DNA from: a virus
DNA length: 64,000 nt
Direction: 5' to 3' (one strand)
IMG/VR virus record: IMGVR_UViG_3300047678_000239
Location: 33,159 to 97,158 of that record
Below the pieces are notes generated by a model, which did no database searches, had not been told where the DNA came from, and was given only the letters and a program-made list of their open reading frames with translations. Shown piece by piece: positions 28,651-39,065 of this stretch. Position 1 is the stretch's first letter, and each line of letters begins with the position of its first letter. Both the position numbers and the translations under genes were made by a program.

Positions 28651-30572
28651 CGAGAAATCTTAAATGTTACTGGGCTGCTGAATGTAGAAATTGAACCACT
28701 GATTTCTGACCTAATATCAACCGAGTAATATCTCTCTTGTGGAAGACCTGTAGTGTCTAGCATAAAATAGTTTCCGTCTGCATCAGAACTCAATTTTGTA
28801 TATCCATCAAACGCCATCACTGTTTCTTCGGTTTCAGCATCTTTGATAGAATAATAACTCTCTTCTGGTAGATACATTGGTTCAATGTAATCGGAAACTC
28901 TGTTTGTAAATGTCTTGGTTGGATATTTTGGTCTTCCTAAAACATTGATTCTAACAATCGACCCACGCTTATAATCTTTATTTAGGTTTACCGATATTAC
29001 GGATGATTTTGATGTATCCACCAATCTCAACGATGTTCCATCAGATGCCGTTGGAGACAACGAAACATCTGCCCACATAACATCTAAATGTGGTTGATAG
29101 ATGGTGTTACTTTCTTTGGAAAAGAATCTTAGCTTACCAAAATCATAACTGCTAGTTTCATTGCTATGCATCAAAATAAATCCGTAATTTGGTATGGAGT
29201 TGTATATCCAAGCTAAAACAGTATTCGTAACATCCATATAAATGTCGGACGACTGATTATCGAAATATTGAACCGATGCGTAGCTTCCAGACGAAACAGT
29301 ATAAGGAATTGTATTTAGTGGAGCGTCAGTGGACAATCCGATTTCATAAGAACCAGATGTTCCCAATGAAGCGGTAGATGACATCATTATTTGACTGGTT
29401 GTGCCGGTGAATCTCCAAAGGCCCACAGGGTTTATTGAGAGATTTGCGTTGTCCGTTCCTATGATTGTAGTATTCAATACCGAACTTGTGACGTAAGAGC
29501 CCCCCAAATACTTTGCATAAATACTTGTTCCACCAGCCGAAGCTGAAGAATACATGTCAACTGCGATTGATAATGGGTGGCTTCCCGAAACAGAAGAAGT
29601 GTAAGGCGAAAAGCCCTTTAGCACAGCATCACCAAGCAAAGATTTCAGTGGAGTTGTGTTCGTTCCATGTCCATTAACTAACACAGCGCTTCCACTTAAA
29701 TGACCGTCAATGGTCAATGTGCTGTCTAGAAAATTTCCTGTTGTAGAAGAACCAATCAATTTCAATGTTCTTGGAAATGAGCCAGAAGGAACGTTGTAAG
29801 AGCCACTTGGAAAATAACCAATACCGTCTCCGGACGCTGTAGCGACCAAGGTTCCTTGGTCATACAATTCTATTTTGTATGTGGTTGGAGCTGGAGTGGC
29901 TCCTGAATTTCCTTTAACAAACGAGCTAAAATTAATCGTGGAACCCGAATAAATCTTAACCTCAAGAGAAGAAGAGTTTGTTGAATTAACAATCATTCCA
30001 CCCGCCTGAACAACGGTGAATCTTCCAGCGTTTGGAATGTAATTACAATCTGGAAAAGGGTTGAAAGGATTTGGACTTACAAATGGAGCCTCAGCATATC
30101 CAGAACCAGAACCCAATAGACTCGAAGAAACAAACCAAATTCCTCCTCCATCACAATTTGAAGAAGTGGCTGGAGTATACCATTTTATGCTTCCAGAATC
30201 AGAATATCTCCAACTTGCTCCATCTGAGGTCGTGGCTCCATCGTATTTGTAGCCGGTTCCGTTGTCCCAACACATAGCCAGAGGATATGCGGCGACATTA
30301 TAAGCTTTTGGAACCTCAATGGATTCAGCTACTTTCAAAGACAAATAAAACCTTGGATTAGAAATTCTTCCAAGTGCAATTGACCTAGAAATTTCTGCTA
30401 GATTGAATTGGATTAACGCTCTTGAAAGAACAGCGCCTCGTCCACCTGAACAAGCTTCGTTTTGAATTGTTTTTTCAACTTCCAGTATTTCATCGTGGCC
30501 CATGTTCTTAAACAAAAGGCTCGGCTGATTAGATATGGTGGTGTCTTTTGTTGGGTATAAGAAATAATGCAT
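28647..30572 (-). CDS. baseplate-associated protein with DNRLRE-like domain and central insert
   Basis: KDTTI, SRALIQFNL, MDVTNTVLAW...NYGFIL, FFSKE...PHLDVMW. Confidence 0.55.
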   Translation of the reverse strand: MHYFLYPTKDTTISNQPSLLFKNMGHDEILEVEKTIQNEACSGGRGAVLSRALIQFNLAEISRSIALGRISNPRFYLSLKVAESIEVPKAYNVAAYPLAMCWDNGTGYKYDGATTSDGASWRYSDSGSIKWYTPATSSNCDGGGIWFVSSSLLGSGSGYAEAPFVSPNPFNPFPDCNYIPNAGRFTVVQAGGMIVNSTNSSSLEVKIYSGSTINFSSFVKGNSGATPAPTTYKIELYDQGTLVATASGDGIGYFPSGSYNVPSGSFPRTLKLIGSSTTGNFLDSTLTIDGHLSGSAVLVNGHGTNTTPLKSLLGDAVLKGFSPYTSSVSGSHPLSIAVDMYSSASAGGTSIYAKYLGGSYVTSSVLNTTIIGTDNANLSINPVGLWRFTGTTSQIMMSSTASLGTSGSYEIGLSTDAPLNTIPYTVSSGSYASVQYFDNQSSDIYMDVTNTVLAWIYNSIPNYGFILMHSNETSSYDFGKLRFFSKESNTIYQPHLDVMWADVSLSPTASDGTSLRLVDTSKSSVISVNLNKDYKRGSIVRINVLGRPKYPTKTFTNRVSDYIEPMYLPEESYYSIKDAETEETVMAFDGYTKLSSDADGNYFMLDTTGLPQERYYSVDIRSEISGSISTFSSPVTFKISR

Positions 30573-30640
30573 GATATGAGTCGCTTTCTACTCATAAATA
30601 TAATATTCCCCTGCTATTTCTCCGAAATATATACAGAAGA

Positions 30641-32539
30641 TTACAAGCACTTACCCACAACGTCTTTGGTTGGAAATCTTACTTCAAATACACATGGGTC
30701 TATTGAAGGATAAACAATCTTATTTTGAGTGGCTCTCTCAATGTCATATTCGTATTGAGAATAATCACCGTCTTTGGAAGTTAGATTTTTTAGTTTCAAG
30801 TAAGAAACACTTTGAACTCCGTCAATTTTAGCAATTTCCAATTCCAGTCTACTCAAATTGATTGGTTGACTGAATTGCATGTTGTCAATTGACAAGTAAT
30901 TCTTAACTGTATCAAGGCAGTTAGCTAAAACATCTCGTTTGTTATAGTTTTTATACGCAACAATTCCAAATTCGACTCCAATGTTAATGATAAATCCATC
31001 CAACAAATTAACACTGTCAGTCAACAGTCTATATTGATTTAAATAGTTTCTTAGATTGTAGCGAAGTGCTGGATTTGTATTTATCAAACGATTGTTGCTA
31101 TCGTTAGAAAGAATGTATAAGTTGATGGCAAATGGATTATTGTTAGCACCATCTGTCGAAGACGAGGAATTTAAACTATTTTCTGAAGCTACATAAGCTT
31201 TAGAAATTGAACCATACTTGGAAGACATGGAATAAGCTCTCACAACATAATCTTGTGCTGTAACTGCTCTGTTTTGTGCAGAGAAATTGGCTAGTCCATT
31301 GTTCTTAATTTCTTGGTTTGTTTCTGCATCCTTCCCACCCACGGCAGGAATTGGATTGTTGACTTTTAGAGTGCTACGAATCAAATCGGTTACTCTCTTA
31401 TCATTTACACCCAATTCTGTCAAATCACCAAAATAGTCAGCCGAAACTACATTCTTAATTGAATTAGCATTTACGTTGCTCTTAGTTCCACCACCAACGA
31501 TGTATCTGACGGTCAATGTTGTATTGGCTGGGGCTTGACCAAATGCTTTAGATTTTAGAAAATTGGCTGGGTCATACGAAACCGAAGAATTCTTGAATGT
31601 TCCTGATTGAGACAAAACTTTATTGCTCGGAACCACCAATTCGTCGTCTTGCGAATTTACGCCAGCTCCAAATTCAATGATGGTTTTATTCGAAGCATCG
31701 ACGGTTGTAACAAAACGTCGAGAAGTTTTAAGGAACTTCATGATAAATGGAACCGTGTCTCTATTTTGATAGAAATCATTGTCGTTTTTGAAAATGTTTT
31801 CACTATCAATTGGAACCAAGTCCTGGGCCAAATAGTCTGTTTCATACCAACGATTGCCATCCGAATCCATCATATCAATGATTTCGACTACGTTGGTATC
31901 ATCCAAAGAAATTTGATAAAATGCTGAGGGATTTCCTACATCAAAAGTTTTTGAAACAATTTGGCCGGCCGAAGCATCAACTTGCTTCTTCAAAACATAA
32001 AAGTCAGGCTGACCACTTGAGTTTCTTTGAAATACGGAAATTTCTAGCGGATTGTTTTTTGTATCAACAGTAAAATCAACCGGGTCATTTGTCACGAAGT
32101 TTATTCCGGTGTCACTGACAGTGACCATGCCAGGCTTTATGACTTGGCAATATTGTAAATCTGGAGAAAATGTTCCATCCGAATTCAACTTAGAAGGGAC
32201 AAGTTGATACACATCAAGCTTAGTTACCGAAGGAGTCGTTGCCTTGACTTTGTATCCGAGGTATCTAGCCAACGAAATAATGTTCTTTCTCTCTTCAGCA
32301 TTTATCAACAAGGATTCTTTAAATTGATAATCCGTGTAATAAGATAGAACATCTCCGACATAAGCGGCCATTTCAATGAACATCATACCAGCGCTCGCGT
32401 CATTAAAATCCTTATATGTGTTTGGATAATAAACCTTGGCAAAATCAACCAGAGATTTTTTTAATTGACCAAAATCCCTGCTTAGATACTTAATATCTTT
32501 TTTACCGGGTTGAAAGGACTTTTGTATGTCTAAAATCAT
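30641..32539 (-). CDS. baseplate wedge protein (T4 gp6 / baseplate J-like)
   Basis: YLSRDF..LK..L, EMAAYVGDVLSYY, GGKDAET..EIK, RAVTAQDY. Confidence 0.85.
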   Translation of the reverse strand: MILDIQKSFQPGKKDIKYLSRDFGQLKKSLVDFAKVYYPNTYKDFNDASAGMMFIEMAAYVGDVLSYYTDYQFKESLLINAEERKNIISLARYLGYKVKATTPSVTKLDVYQLVPSKLNSDGTFSPDLQYCQVIKPGMVTVSDTGINFVTNDPVDFTVDTKNNPLEISVFQRNSSGQPDFYVLKKQVDASAGQIVSKTFDVGNPSAFYQISLDDTNVVEIIDMMDSDGNRWYETDYLAQDLVPIDSENIFKNDNDFYQNRDTVPFIMKFLKTSRRFVTTVDASNKTIIEFGAGVNSQDDELVVPSNKVLSQSGTFKNSSVSYDPANFLKSKAFGQAPANTTLTVRYIVGGGTKSNVNANSIKNVVSADYFGDLTELGVNDKRVTDLIRSTLKVNNPIPAVGGKDAETNQEIKNNGLANFSAQNRAVTAQDYVVRAYSMSSKYGSISKAYVASENSLNSSSSTDGANNNPFAINLYILSNDSNNRLINTNPALRYNLRNYLNQYRLLTDSVNLLDGFIINIGVEFGIVAYKNYNKRDVLANCLDTVKNYLSIDNMQFSQPINLSRLELEIAKIDGVQSVSYLKLKNLTSKDGDYSQYEYDIERATQNKIVYPSIDPCVFEVRFPTKDVVGKCL

Positions 32540-32540
32540 A

Positions 32541-32942
32541 TTATTGGTTGAATGAGAGAATTACTTCTTGAGGTTGGGTTATTCCCAACGTATCAATTGT
32601 GAAAATTACAGAAACGTTCACTCTATAAGTATCCTTATCTTCATTTGTTGCCTCAATTTTTATATCGTTTATGTTCAAAAATGGCATCCATCTTTGAACG
32701 TCTCTGGTTATTATATTGGTAACAACAGGCTGTAGGTCTTCATCATTGAATTGAAAAAGAACGCTGTATAAGTCTGACCCAAAGGCTGGATTCATTCTCC
32801 TTTCTCCTTTCTTGGTCTTTAACAATGTAATCAAATTGAACTTTGTTTGTTCAATTATGTCATAGGACTGGGCAAAATAACCAGAATCCCCTCTTTGAAG
32901 AGGAAGGCTTATTCCATATGGATTTCTGGTTGGGAGAGGCAT
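32541..32942 (-). CDS. baseplate protein, gp25-like
   Basis: NLITLLKTKKGERRMNPAFGSDL...WMP. Confidence 0.85.
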   Translation of the reverse strand: MPLPTRNPYGISLPLQRGDSGYFAQSYDIIEQTKFNLITLLKTKKGERRMNPAFGSDLYSVLFQFNDEDLQPVVTNIITRDVQRWMPFLNINDIKIEATNEDKDTYRVNVSVIFTIDTLGITQPQEVILSFNQ

Positions 32943-33376
32943 TATGGTCTATTTTTCTTAGCCTTCTCATCAGCTGCTCTGATTAGAGCTCTATAATCTC
33001 TTCCCAACGCCTTGACCACACCTTGAACCTCTGTATTTTCTGTTAACATTTTTTCTGGAATGTGGGCGGTTAGGTCTGGTGCGCTTGCCAAAACCTGCTG
33101 TTCCGTTGGAATTCCGCCACTTGTTTCATTTAAAATATCATTCAAAATTGGATTGGTTGAATACTTTTTCTTTTCTTTTGGTTGAGATGGAGCTTGTGGA
33201 GCCTTTCTCACTTCTTGAATACCAACCACCCTCGAAGGCTTGGTTGATTCGGTGAGAGGTTGTTTTTCTCCACTAAGAGATTCAAGCAAAGCTTCACGAA
33301 CAAGAGTTGGTCCAATGACTCGCAACTCTGCTTTTACAACTTCTCTGATAATTTCGATTAGTTCTGATTTTTGCAT
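32942..33376 (-). CDS. hypothetical late protein with several I/L-x-E motifs
   Basis: IIREVVKAEL, LLES, LTES, ILNET; late motif at 33390-33397. Confidence 0.6.
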   Translation of the reverse strand: MQKSELIEIIREVVKAELRVIGPTLVREALLESLSGEKQPLTESTKPSRVVGIQEVRKAPQAPSQPKEKKKYSTNPILNDILNETSGGIPTEQQVLASAPDLTAHIPEKMLTENTEVQGVVKALGRDYRALIRAADEKAKKNRP

Positions 33377-33410
33377 ATATACTTCCTTCTATAAATATAA
33401 CGATTGTGAG

Positions 33411-33923
33411 TTAAATGAAACCACTCGGTAAATTGGTAGTTGATGATTGTATGGTATTTGATGCCACCGATTTAGCCGCATCAACCACACCAGCCGTCAA
33501 ATCGGACACACTTGGTATTTTTGGAATAGCAGGCAACTCAGGAAGGTCAGGAATAGACGGTAAAGTTGGTGGCTCTGGTGGCTTAGGAATCTTGAAAGGT
33601 ATTGGTTTTACCGAAACAAGCTCCATCTCAGGTAAAGAAACCTTTGGAAGAGACATTTTAGGAACCGAAAAACCTTCAATACCTTTGGTTGCTGAACTGA
33701 TGGCAGAGCTTATTGGTTTGGTTGCTCCCGACATAATTCCTCCAATTCCTTTACCAACACTTTGAATTTTTGAAGCAGCCGGCGATGCTACTTCTTTTAA
33801 CTTATTGGTAGCTGTTGGAATTGCTGTTTTCAGAGCTTCTTTCGAAGATTCTTTAACAGAACTGACGACTGCTCCTTTGATGGAGGTCGAGCTTATAGAT
33901 GGTATGCTTCCGAGTAATCCCAT
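33411..33923 (-). CDS. low-complexity S/K/P-rich hypothetical protein
   Basis: ATG 1 nt after the upstream stop; PxxP repeats. Confidence 0.55.
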   Translation of the reverse strand: MGLLGSIPSISSTSIKGAVVSSVKESSKEALKTAIPTATNKLKEVASPAASKIQSVGKGIGGIMSGATKPISSAISSATKGIEGFSVPKMSLPKVSLPEMELVSVKPIPFKIPKPPEPPTLPSIPDLPELPAIPKIPSVSDLTAGVVDAAKSVASNTIQSSTTNLPSGFI

Positions 33924-33924
33924 A

Positions 33925-35466
33925 TTATTTTCCGTCGTGTCCAGGCGCACCTCCGCCTCCGGTTGTGAATACTCTATTACTCATTAAATGAGGTAAAGAA
34001 TCTCTTAATTCTTCAAGTTGCTTTCTGGTCTGAGTTAAAGAATCTATATACTTGCTAATTTGGCTCGTCCAATCCGGCGTTGGTGTTCCGGTTTTTCCAA
34101 GAGAATCAAAATGAATGTGACTCTGTTGACATTTTGCCAATCCAATTTGAATATCCGTTTGATTAATCATCCAATTACATAACGTGTATAACCAAAGAAC
34201 AGACGTTCTTCCCAATAAAACAGGTTCATTCTTTTCATCATATTCACCAAGAAAAATCTGAGGAGAGTTGATTGTTGTAGAAACGTTCGATGTTAAGATG
34301 GCTCGGCCTGCCACATCTGTTCTATAATCTCCTCCAACTGTAGCAACCATTTGCTTTTTTACATCCATCGTATATTCGTCATCAGTGACAATGGAAAATC
34401 TCCTCTTCGAATAGTGAATTGTTTCGCCAGCTTTTGATGAAAAAATTAAGCGGTCGCTGTTAATAACAATCTGGTCTCCGGACAATTCCGGAATCTTAAA
34501 TTCAGTTTCTTTTGGTGGTAAGAAATTTGATTGTTCGTCTAGATTATCACTTTGTAAAATGGTCTTCTCAATTGTAGGAACAAATTGAGTTATTGTTTTT
34601 CCAGATGTTATCTGAATCGATGAACCATCCTTATTTATATCTTCGAGAATATATCCCTTATTGAACTTAACAGAATTTTCTGTTTCTGTTTCTACCGATT
34701 TCTGTCTGTTTCTGATAAGAACCATCGGGTTCCCACCACCATCAGAATAATCATTCAAGCCACTATCATTATCTCTATTTGAATCATATGCTCCAAAACG
34801 AATACTCGAACCAAATCGAGATTCTATTACTGTATCTCCTTCAAATCTTTTGATAGCACGTATTTTTGAATTGAATTTGAAATATCTTCCCAACGCTCCT
34901 GTGTTTATTTCTTCAATCTTTTTGGCCGACATTTCGGATATTGGTCCCTTAAATAAGTCGGTGGTTCCTTCTTCTGTGTTTCCTTTAACCAAACCATAAA
35001 CTCTTTCGAGATTGAAATCTGCGTTTGCATTAATCAAACTCTTAATATTCAATTTTCTTGTATAGAAATAGCTATTAAAATACTTAACAACAATTACAAC
35101 TTCATTGACCAAAGGTAGCTCAGATACTCCGGTATTTTCCAACGGAGCAGCCCATGCCAAAAGTTCCTTATCTACTCCATTTTGACTATAAACCATTCTG
35201 ACCTTTGCTCTACCAATCCAAGAATAATTTGGGTCGTCAAAAGTTGGCTTGGAACCATCTGCGTTTACTGGATAATCATCCGCATCCAATGTTTTGTTTT
35301 TAAATGCTGGATGAGTGTCATCTAAAATTACATCCAAAACAACGGCGGGCTCAAACTCATAAAAAAGTGTGCTCTCTGGCTTACGCTCCATCGCAGAACG
35401 ATTCGAACTAAGCATATTGTCCTGCTTAGCCACAGATTCGTTTCTACGTTCAAATACCTTATACAT
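33925..35466 (-). CDS. baseplate hub/central spike (gp5/gpV-like)
   Basis: PLVNEVV, GDTVIESRFGSSIRFG, QIVINSDRLIF, EPVLLG, HIH. Confidence 0.7.
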   Translation of the reverse strand: MYKVFERRNESVAKQDNMLSSNRSAMERKPESTLFYEFEPAVVLDVILDDTHPAFKNKTLDADDYPVNADGSKPTFDDPNYSWIGRAKVRMVYSQNGVDKELLAWAAPLENTGVSELPLVNEVVIVVKYFNSYFYTRKLNIKSLINANADFNLERVYGLVKGNTEEGTTDLFKGPISEMSAKKIEEINTGALGRYFKFNSKIRAIKRFEGDTVIESRFGSSIRFGAYDSNRDNDSGLNDYSDGGGNPMVLIRNRQKSVETETENSVKFNKGYILEDINKDGSSIQITSGKTITQFVPTIEKTILQSDNLDEQSNFLPPKETEFKIPELSGDQIVINSDRLIFSSKAGETIHYSKRRFSIVTDDEYTMDVKKQMVATVGGDYRTDVAGRAILTSNVSTTINSPQIFLGEYDEKNEPVLLGRTSVLWLYTLCNWMINQTDIQIGLAKCQQSHIHFDSLGKTGTPTPDWTSQISKYIDSLTQTRKQLEELRDSLPHLMSNRVFTTGGGGAPGHDGK

Positions 35467-35869
35467 TGTCGGTCTTCTTGTCTTTAATTTCAGCTATCTG
35501 CTTTGATTTGTCGGGAATATCCGTATTCATATTTTTTACCGTATCTTCAACCGCTGTTAGCAATTGCTTCTTCTCTTCTTCGGTTAGTGTCAAAGCTCCG
35601 CCTCCGTCTTCTCCGCCGACTTTACCGCTTATTATTCTTTGAATGATAGCGGCTAATTTGATAATCTGTTCATCATTTCTTATACCAATGTCGTAGTATT
35701 CTTTCAACAAAGGAACCACAGTCATGGCGTCTTGCACAGTCTTAATCATACTGCGCAAGTCAGAAATCAGAATATCTACCTGATTCTTCTTATCCTCGGA
35801 GTTCTTCACAATGTCCTTACACAGTGAAGAAAACGATTTTCCCTTATATATCTCAAAGTCGATGTCCAT
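35459..35869 (-). CDS. helical hypothetical protein
   Basis: 136 aa overlapping the hub gene start. Confidence 0.65.
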   Translation of the reverse strand: MDIDFEIYKGKSFSSLCKDIVKNSEDKKNQVDILISDLRSMIKTVQDAMTVVPLLKEYYDIGIRNDEQIIKLAAIIQRIISGKVGGEDGGGALTLTEEEKKQLLTAVEDTVKNMNTDIPDKSKQIAEIKDKKTDNV

Positions 35870-35918
35870 ATCTATAATTATAATCTACCCTATAGAATTT
35901 GGGTCAGCCGAGGTTAAA

Positions 35919-36845
35919 TTAACCGTTGGAGTTGATGTAACCTTTAGATAAATACTCTTCTAAAATACTCTTCTGAGCATCTTTCATTCGATTGATAACT
36001 TTGGTGATGTGTTGGGTTTGACAATCCGCAATTTCACGAATGTATAGATACAATGCCTTCTTGTTGAATACATCGATTCTGTCTGCATTTCTGAAAATTT
36101 CAATGACTGCATTGGCTATTTCCAAGTCTCTATCTTTGTTAAAATAAGTTCCAACATTTTTATCCCAATACTCAACCATCAGTTTGATGAACTCTCGTGT
36201 TTCATTTTCCTTTCTTTCATGTTCTGGCTCTACAACAAACTCTCCAATCTCTCCAGGTTGCTCGCTGATAGTGGTGTGCTTCTTAAATCTTCTATAGTTG
36301 TTATTATTCTCAAGAATAAACCAGTGCTTAGCTACAATTGAAAAATAGCTGAAAGCCTTTCCCTTATCTTTTTCATACTTCTCAATATTTGCTACCATGT
36401 GGGACACAGCTTCTTGTTGAACTTTATCCGGACTTACTTCATTATAACTGAATTTGAAGGTGTTGAAAATGTTTTCAGCAATCTTCTCAAAAGCAAATCG
36501 TATTTTTTCATTGTAAATCTTATTCTTTTCCAAGCTGTCATGGGTCAAATTATATTTGACGATAGCATCCTCAGTATCTTTTGTAAAATACATGATGGCA
36601 CCAGTTCCTCTCTTTGCTCGCGGCGCCTTAACTGCCGGGCGTGTTTCTACCAACTCATTGACGACAATGGCTTCGTCTGGAATTGAGTCAACTATTTCCA
36701 AAGATATTTCTTTTATTATTTCCTTTGGAGCTATTTTTTTCGGAGCTTTCTTTTCTATCTTCTTTACTACCTTTTTGTTTTTCGGCTTCTTAGCGGTTAT
36801 TGTCTTCTTCTTCGTTTTCTTTGAAATCTTTTTGGTCCTTGGCAT
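35919..36845 (-). CDS. late-transcription sigma-like factor (gp55-like) with Lys-rich N-terminus
   Basis: YFTKDTEDAI, KIAENI, KYEKDKGKAFSYFSIVAK (region-2-like). Confidence 0.6.
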   Translation of the reverse strand: MPRTKKISKKTKKKTITAKKPKNKKVVKKIEKKAPKKIAPKEIIKEISLEIVDSIPDEAIVVNELVETRPAVKAPRAKRGTGAIMYFTKDTEDAIVKYNLTHDSLEKNKIYNEKIRFAFEKIAENIFNTFKFSYNEVSPDKVQQEAVSHMVANIEKYEKDKGKAFSYFSIVAKHWFILENNNNYRRFKKHTTISEQPGEIGEFVVEPEHERKENETREFIKLMVEYWDKNVGTYFNKDRDLEIANAVIEIFRNADRIDVFNKKALYLYIREIADCQTQHITKVINRMKDAQKSILEEYLSKGYINSNG

Positions 36846-36846
36846 T

Positions 36847-37098
36847 TTATTTTATTCTCTTGTTGAACTCATCAACTATTTTAAGCAAATCTTCAAACAC
36901 AAACCCAACATCATCATCTTTTTCAAAGAGATTTTTTTCATCAACCTCTTTCAAACGAACATAGACCTTTTCCACTTCACTTCGGAAAAAATCAACCCAC
37001 TCTTCATAAACCTCAAGTTTGTTTAAGAGGTTAAATATGATGTAAGTCGCTACACCAAGTAAGACGGACAATACGCCTATGATAATATACTCAATCAT
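36847..37098 (-). CDS. small membrane-anchored protein
   Basis: N-terminal TM helix; FEKDDDVG. Confidence 0.65.
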   Translation of the reverse strand: MIEYIIIGVLSVLLGVATYIIFNLLNKLEVYEEWVDFFRSEVEKVYVRLKEVDEKNLFEKDDDVGFVFEDLLKIVDEFNKRIK

Positions 37099-37289
37099 TA
37101 ATAGCCCTCTTCGTTTTCAGTTTCTTCGTCTTCCCTATCTCTTGGAGAAACATAATCAATTTTCTCCTCAATATCTAACTGCTCATTAATCATCTCGACT
37201 ACCTCACAAACATCCGTCCAATCTTTATGCTTAATGGCGTATCTTAAAATTTCTTTTATCTCAAGTATGAATTCTTCGTTTGGGGTCAT
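37098..37289 (-). CDS. small acidic hypothetical protein
   Basis: ATGA and TAATG overlaps with its neighbours. Confidence 0.6.
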   Translation of the reverse strand: MTPNEEFILEIKEILRYAIKHKDWTDVCEVVEMINEQLDIEEKIDYVSPRDREDEETENEEGY

Positions 37290-37906
37290 AGGATTGTCCA
37301 CCCTTCTTTCTCAACAAATTCCAAAGCGTGTTTATACTTCAAATATTTTGTATCGGTTCCTTTGCTAATCATGACTTTATCATTTCGTCCATGTTTAACT
37401 TCAGCCTTCTTTGGTGGAAGAATAACTCTGATTCCATTGTCAATCATAAGTCTGCCGTATAGATGGTCTATCTCATGTTGAACACAAACTGCCTTGAGAA
37501 GTCCTTCATCTGTAGAAACGGAGTCTCTCGTAACAGGAATCACATCAGCACCAAATGGAATTGGATTTGCGTGATTAAGAGTCGAAACTACAATTTTAGA
37601 TGAGCGAATTGTTGAAGTAGTTTTTCCTGGAATACTCAAACAGCCTTCCAAGTAAATTACTTTTTCAGGACTTCTTTCTGTAATTTGTGGATTGATTAGA
37701 ATGAGAGGTTCTTCATCTTTCTTGATTTTAATAATTGATACACTTTTTGAAATTCCGATTTGATTGGCCGATAGACCAATTCCGAACTTTATTTCATTAA
37801 GGGCTTCAATGAGCTGAGCTGCAATTGCCATACCTTCTTCAACGGTTGTGACCGGAGTTGTTGGGCGGTGCAAATAGTCTTTATTGGTAACGATTTTGTA
37901 TTTCAT
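37286..37906 (-). CDS. def: peptide deformylase
   Basis: GIGLSANQIG, EGCLS, QHEIDHL. Confidence 0.95.
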   Translation of the reverse strand: MKYKIVTNKDYLHRPTTPVTTVEEGMAIAAQLIEALNEIKFGIGLSANQIGISKSVSIIKIKKDEEPLILINPQITERSPEKVIYLEGCLSIPGKTTSTIRSSKIVVSTLNHANPIPFGADVIPVTRDSVSTDEGLLKAVCVQHEIDHLYGRLMIDNGIRVILPPKKAEVKHGRNDKVMISKGTDTKYLKYKHALEFVEKEGWTIL

Positions 37907-38109
37907 CCTTTGAACAGTTATTTAACTGTAGACATATATACAAGTTAGAAAAGTTTTGTCAATGTAAAAAAACGATTATCTCGTTGGTGAGTGGTATATT
38001 TCGTGGTCACGGAGGCCATGATTATCTTGTGTAAGTTGGACCTGCGATGCGTCACTTTGTCCAATTGGACTTTCTACAACAACCTTTTCCTCAACCAAAC
38101 CAACCTCAG

Positions 38110-39024
38110 TTACTTTTTTTTTTCTTCACTCGATTCCGTTGAAGGATTCATAGCTTTTTCCTCTAAAGCGGAGAGTTCTTCCCAAGTGGTATTGGATAAT
38201 TTGGACTTTGATTTTTCGTCTTCTTTGAGTTTAGCTATAGCAACATTGTAAGCCAGAATCAAACTGATTGCCAGTGGGTCGAACACCAATATGATTGCTA
38301 ATATGAACCATTTGACCGTAGATGTTAAATCCAGTCCGAGAGCGTCTGCTACAAACTTAAATGTTATAACATCTTTTGATTTTATAGTTTCTAACTTGGC
38401 GTCTGAAATCTTCTTATCAAACTCAATTGAATCCGATAAAATTTTAGAATATCTCGTTTTTTCGTTGTTTATTTCAACATCCGTTTGACGAATCAATTGA
38501 TTGTTCTGCTCTTGTATTTGTCTCAATTGTGTTGGATTTCTCAACAAAGCCTCGTTATTCAAAGCATCGGAGTTTCTCTTTTCCTGCTCTCTACGATTGG
38601 CCATCAAATCGTCAATACGTTGTTTGGATACAAACACCTGGGACTGTATTTGAGATTTTTGTTCCCCCATTACAGAAATTTGTTGTTGAGAAATTTCATA
38701 TTTCAATGAAGAGCTTTGATAAGCTGAACTCAGCCATCCAAAAATGCCGAGAGATGTTATTCCCATCAAAACAAGAATTGCAATAGCTAAATAAACCTTC
38801 AAAAAGCTCTTAGCGGTATTCCAATAACGATATAAAAATGTGGTGGCTGTTAACTTTCCCAATTCAAGAGACGATGCCATCAAAATAGCAGAAAACGTTG
38901 CGCCGGAGAACAACATGCCTATACCCATCACAGAAAAGAAGGCTGCGATACCAGCCACGAATAGAGCGGAGAAGCCCAATATCAGTGAGAACAAATTTTC
39001 ATTTTTTATACCAAATATTTCCAT
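38110..39024 (-). CDS. membrane protein with coiled coil (DUF4407-like architecture)
   Basis: Three N-terminal TMs, LELGKL, coiled coil, C-terminal TM ILVFDPLAI; possible -1 extension to 37976. Confidence 0.7.
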   Translation of the reverse strand: MEIFGIKNENLFSLILGFSALFVAGIAAFFSVMGIGMLFSGATFSAILMASSLELGKLTATTFLYRYWNTAKSFLKVYLAIAILVLMGITSLGIFGWLSSAYQSSSLKYEISQQQISVMGEQKSQIQSQVFVSKQRIDDLMANRREQEKRNSDALNNEALLRNPTQLRQIQEQNNQLIRQTDVEINNEKTRYSKILSDSIEFDKKISDAKLETIKSKDVITFKFVADALGLDLTSTVKWFILAIILVFDPLAISLILAYNVAIAKLKEDEKSKSKLSNTTWEELSALEEKAMNPSTESSEEKKK

Positions 39025-39065
39025 AGAGTAAGTGTAACTGATAAATATATCATCAATCACTAATT

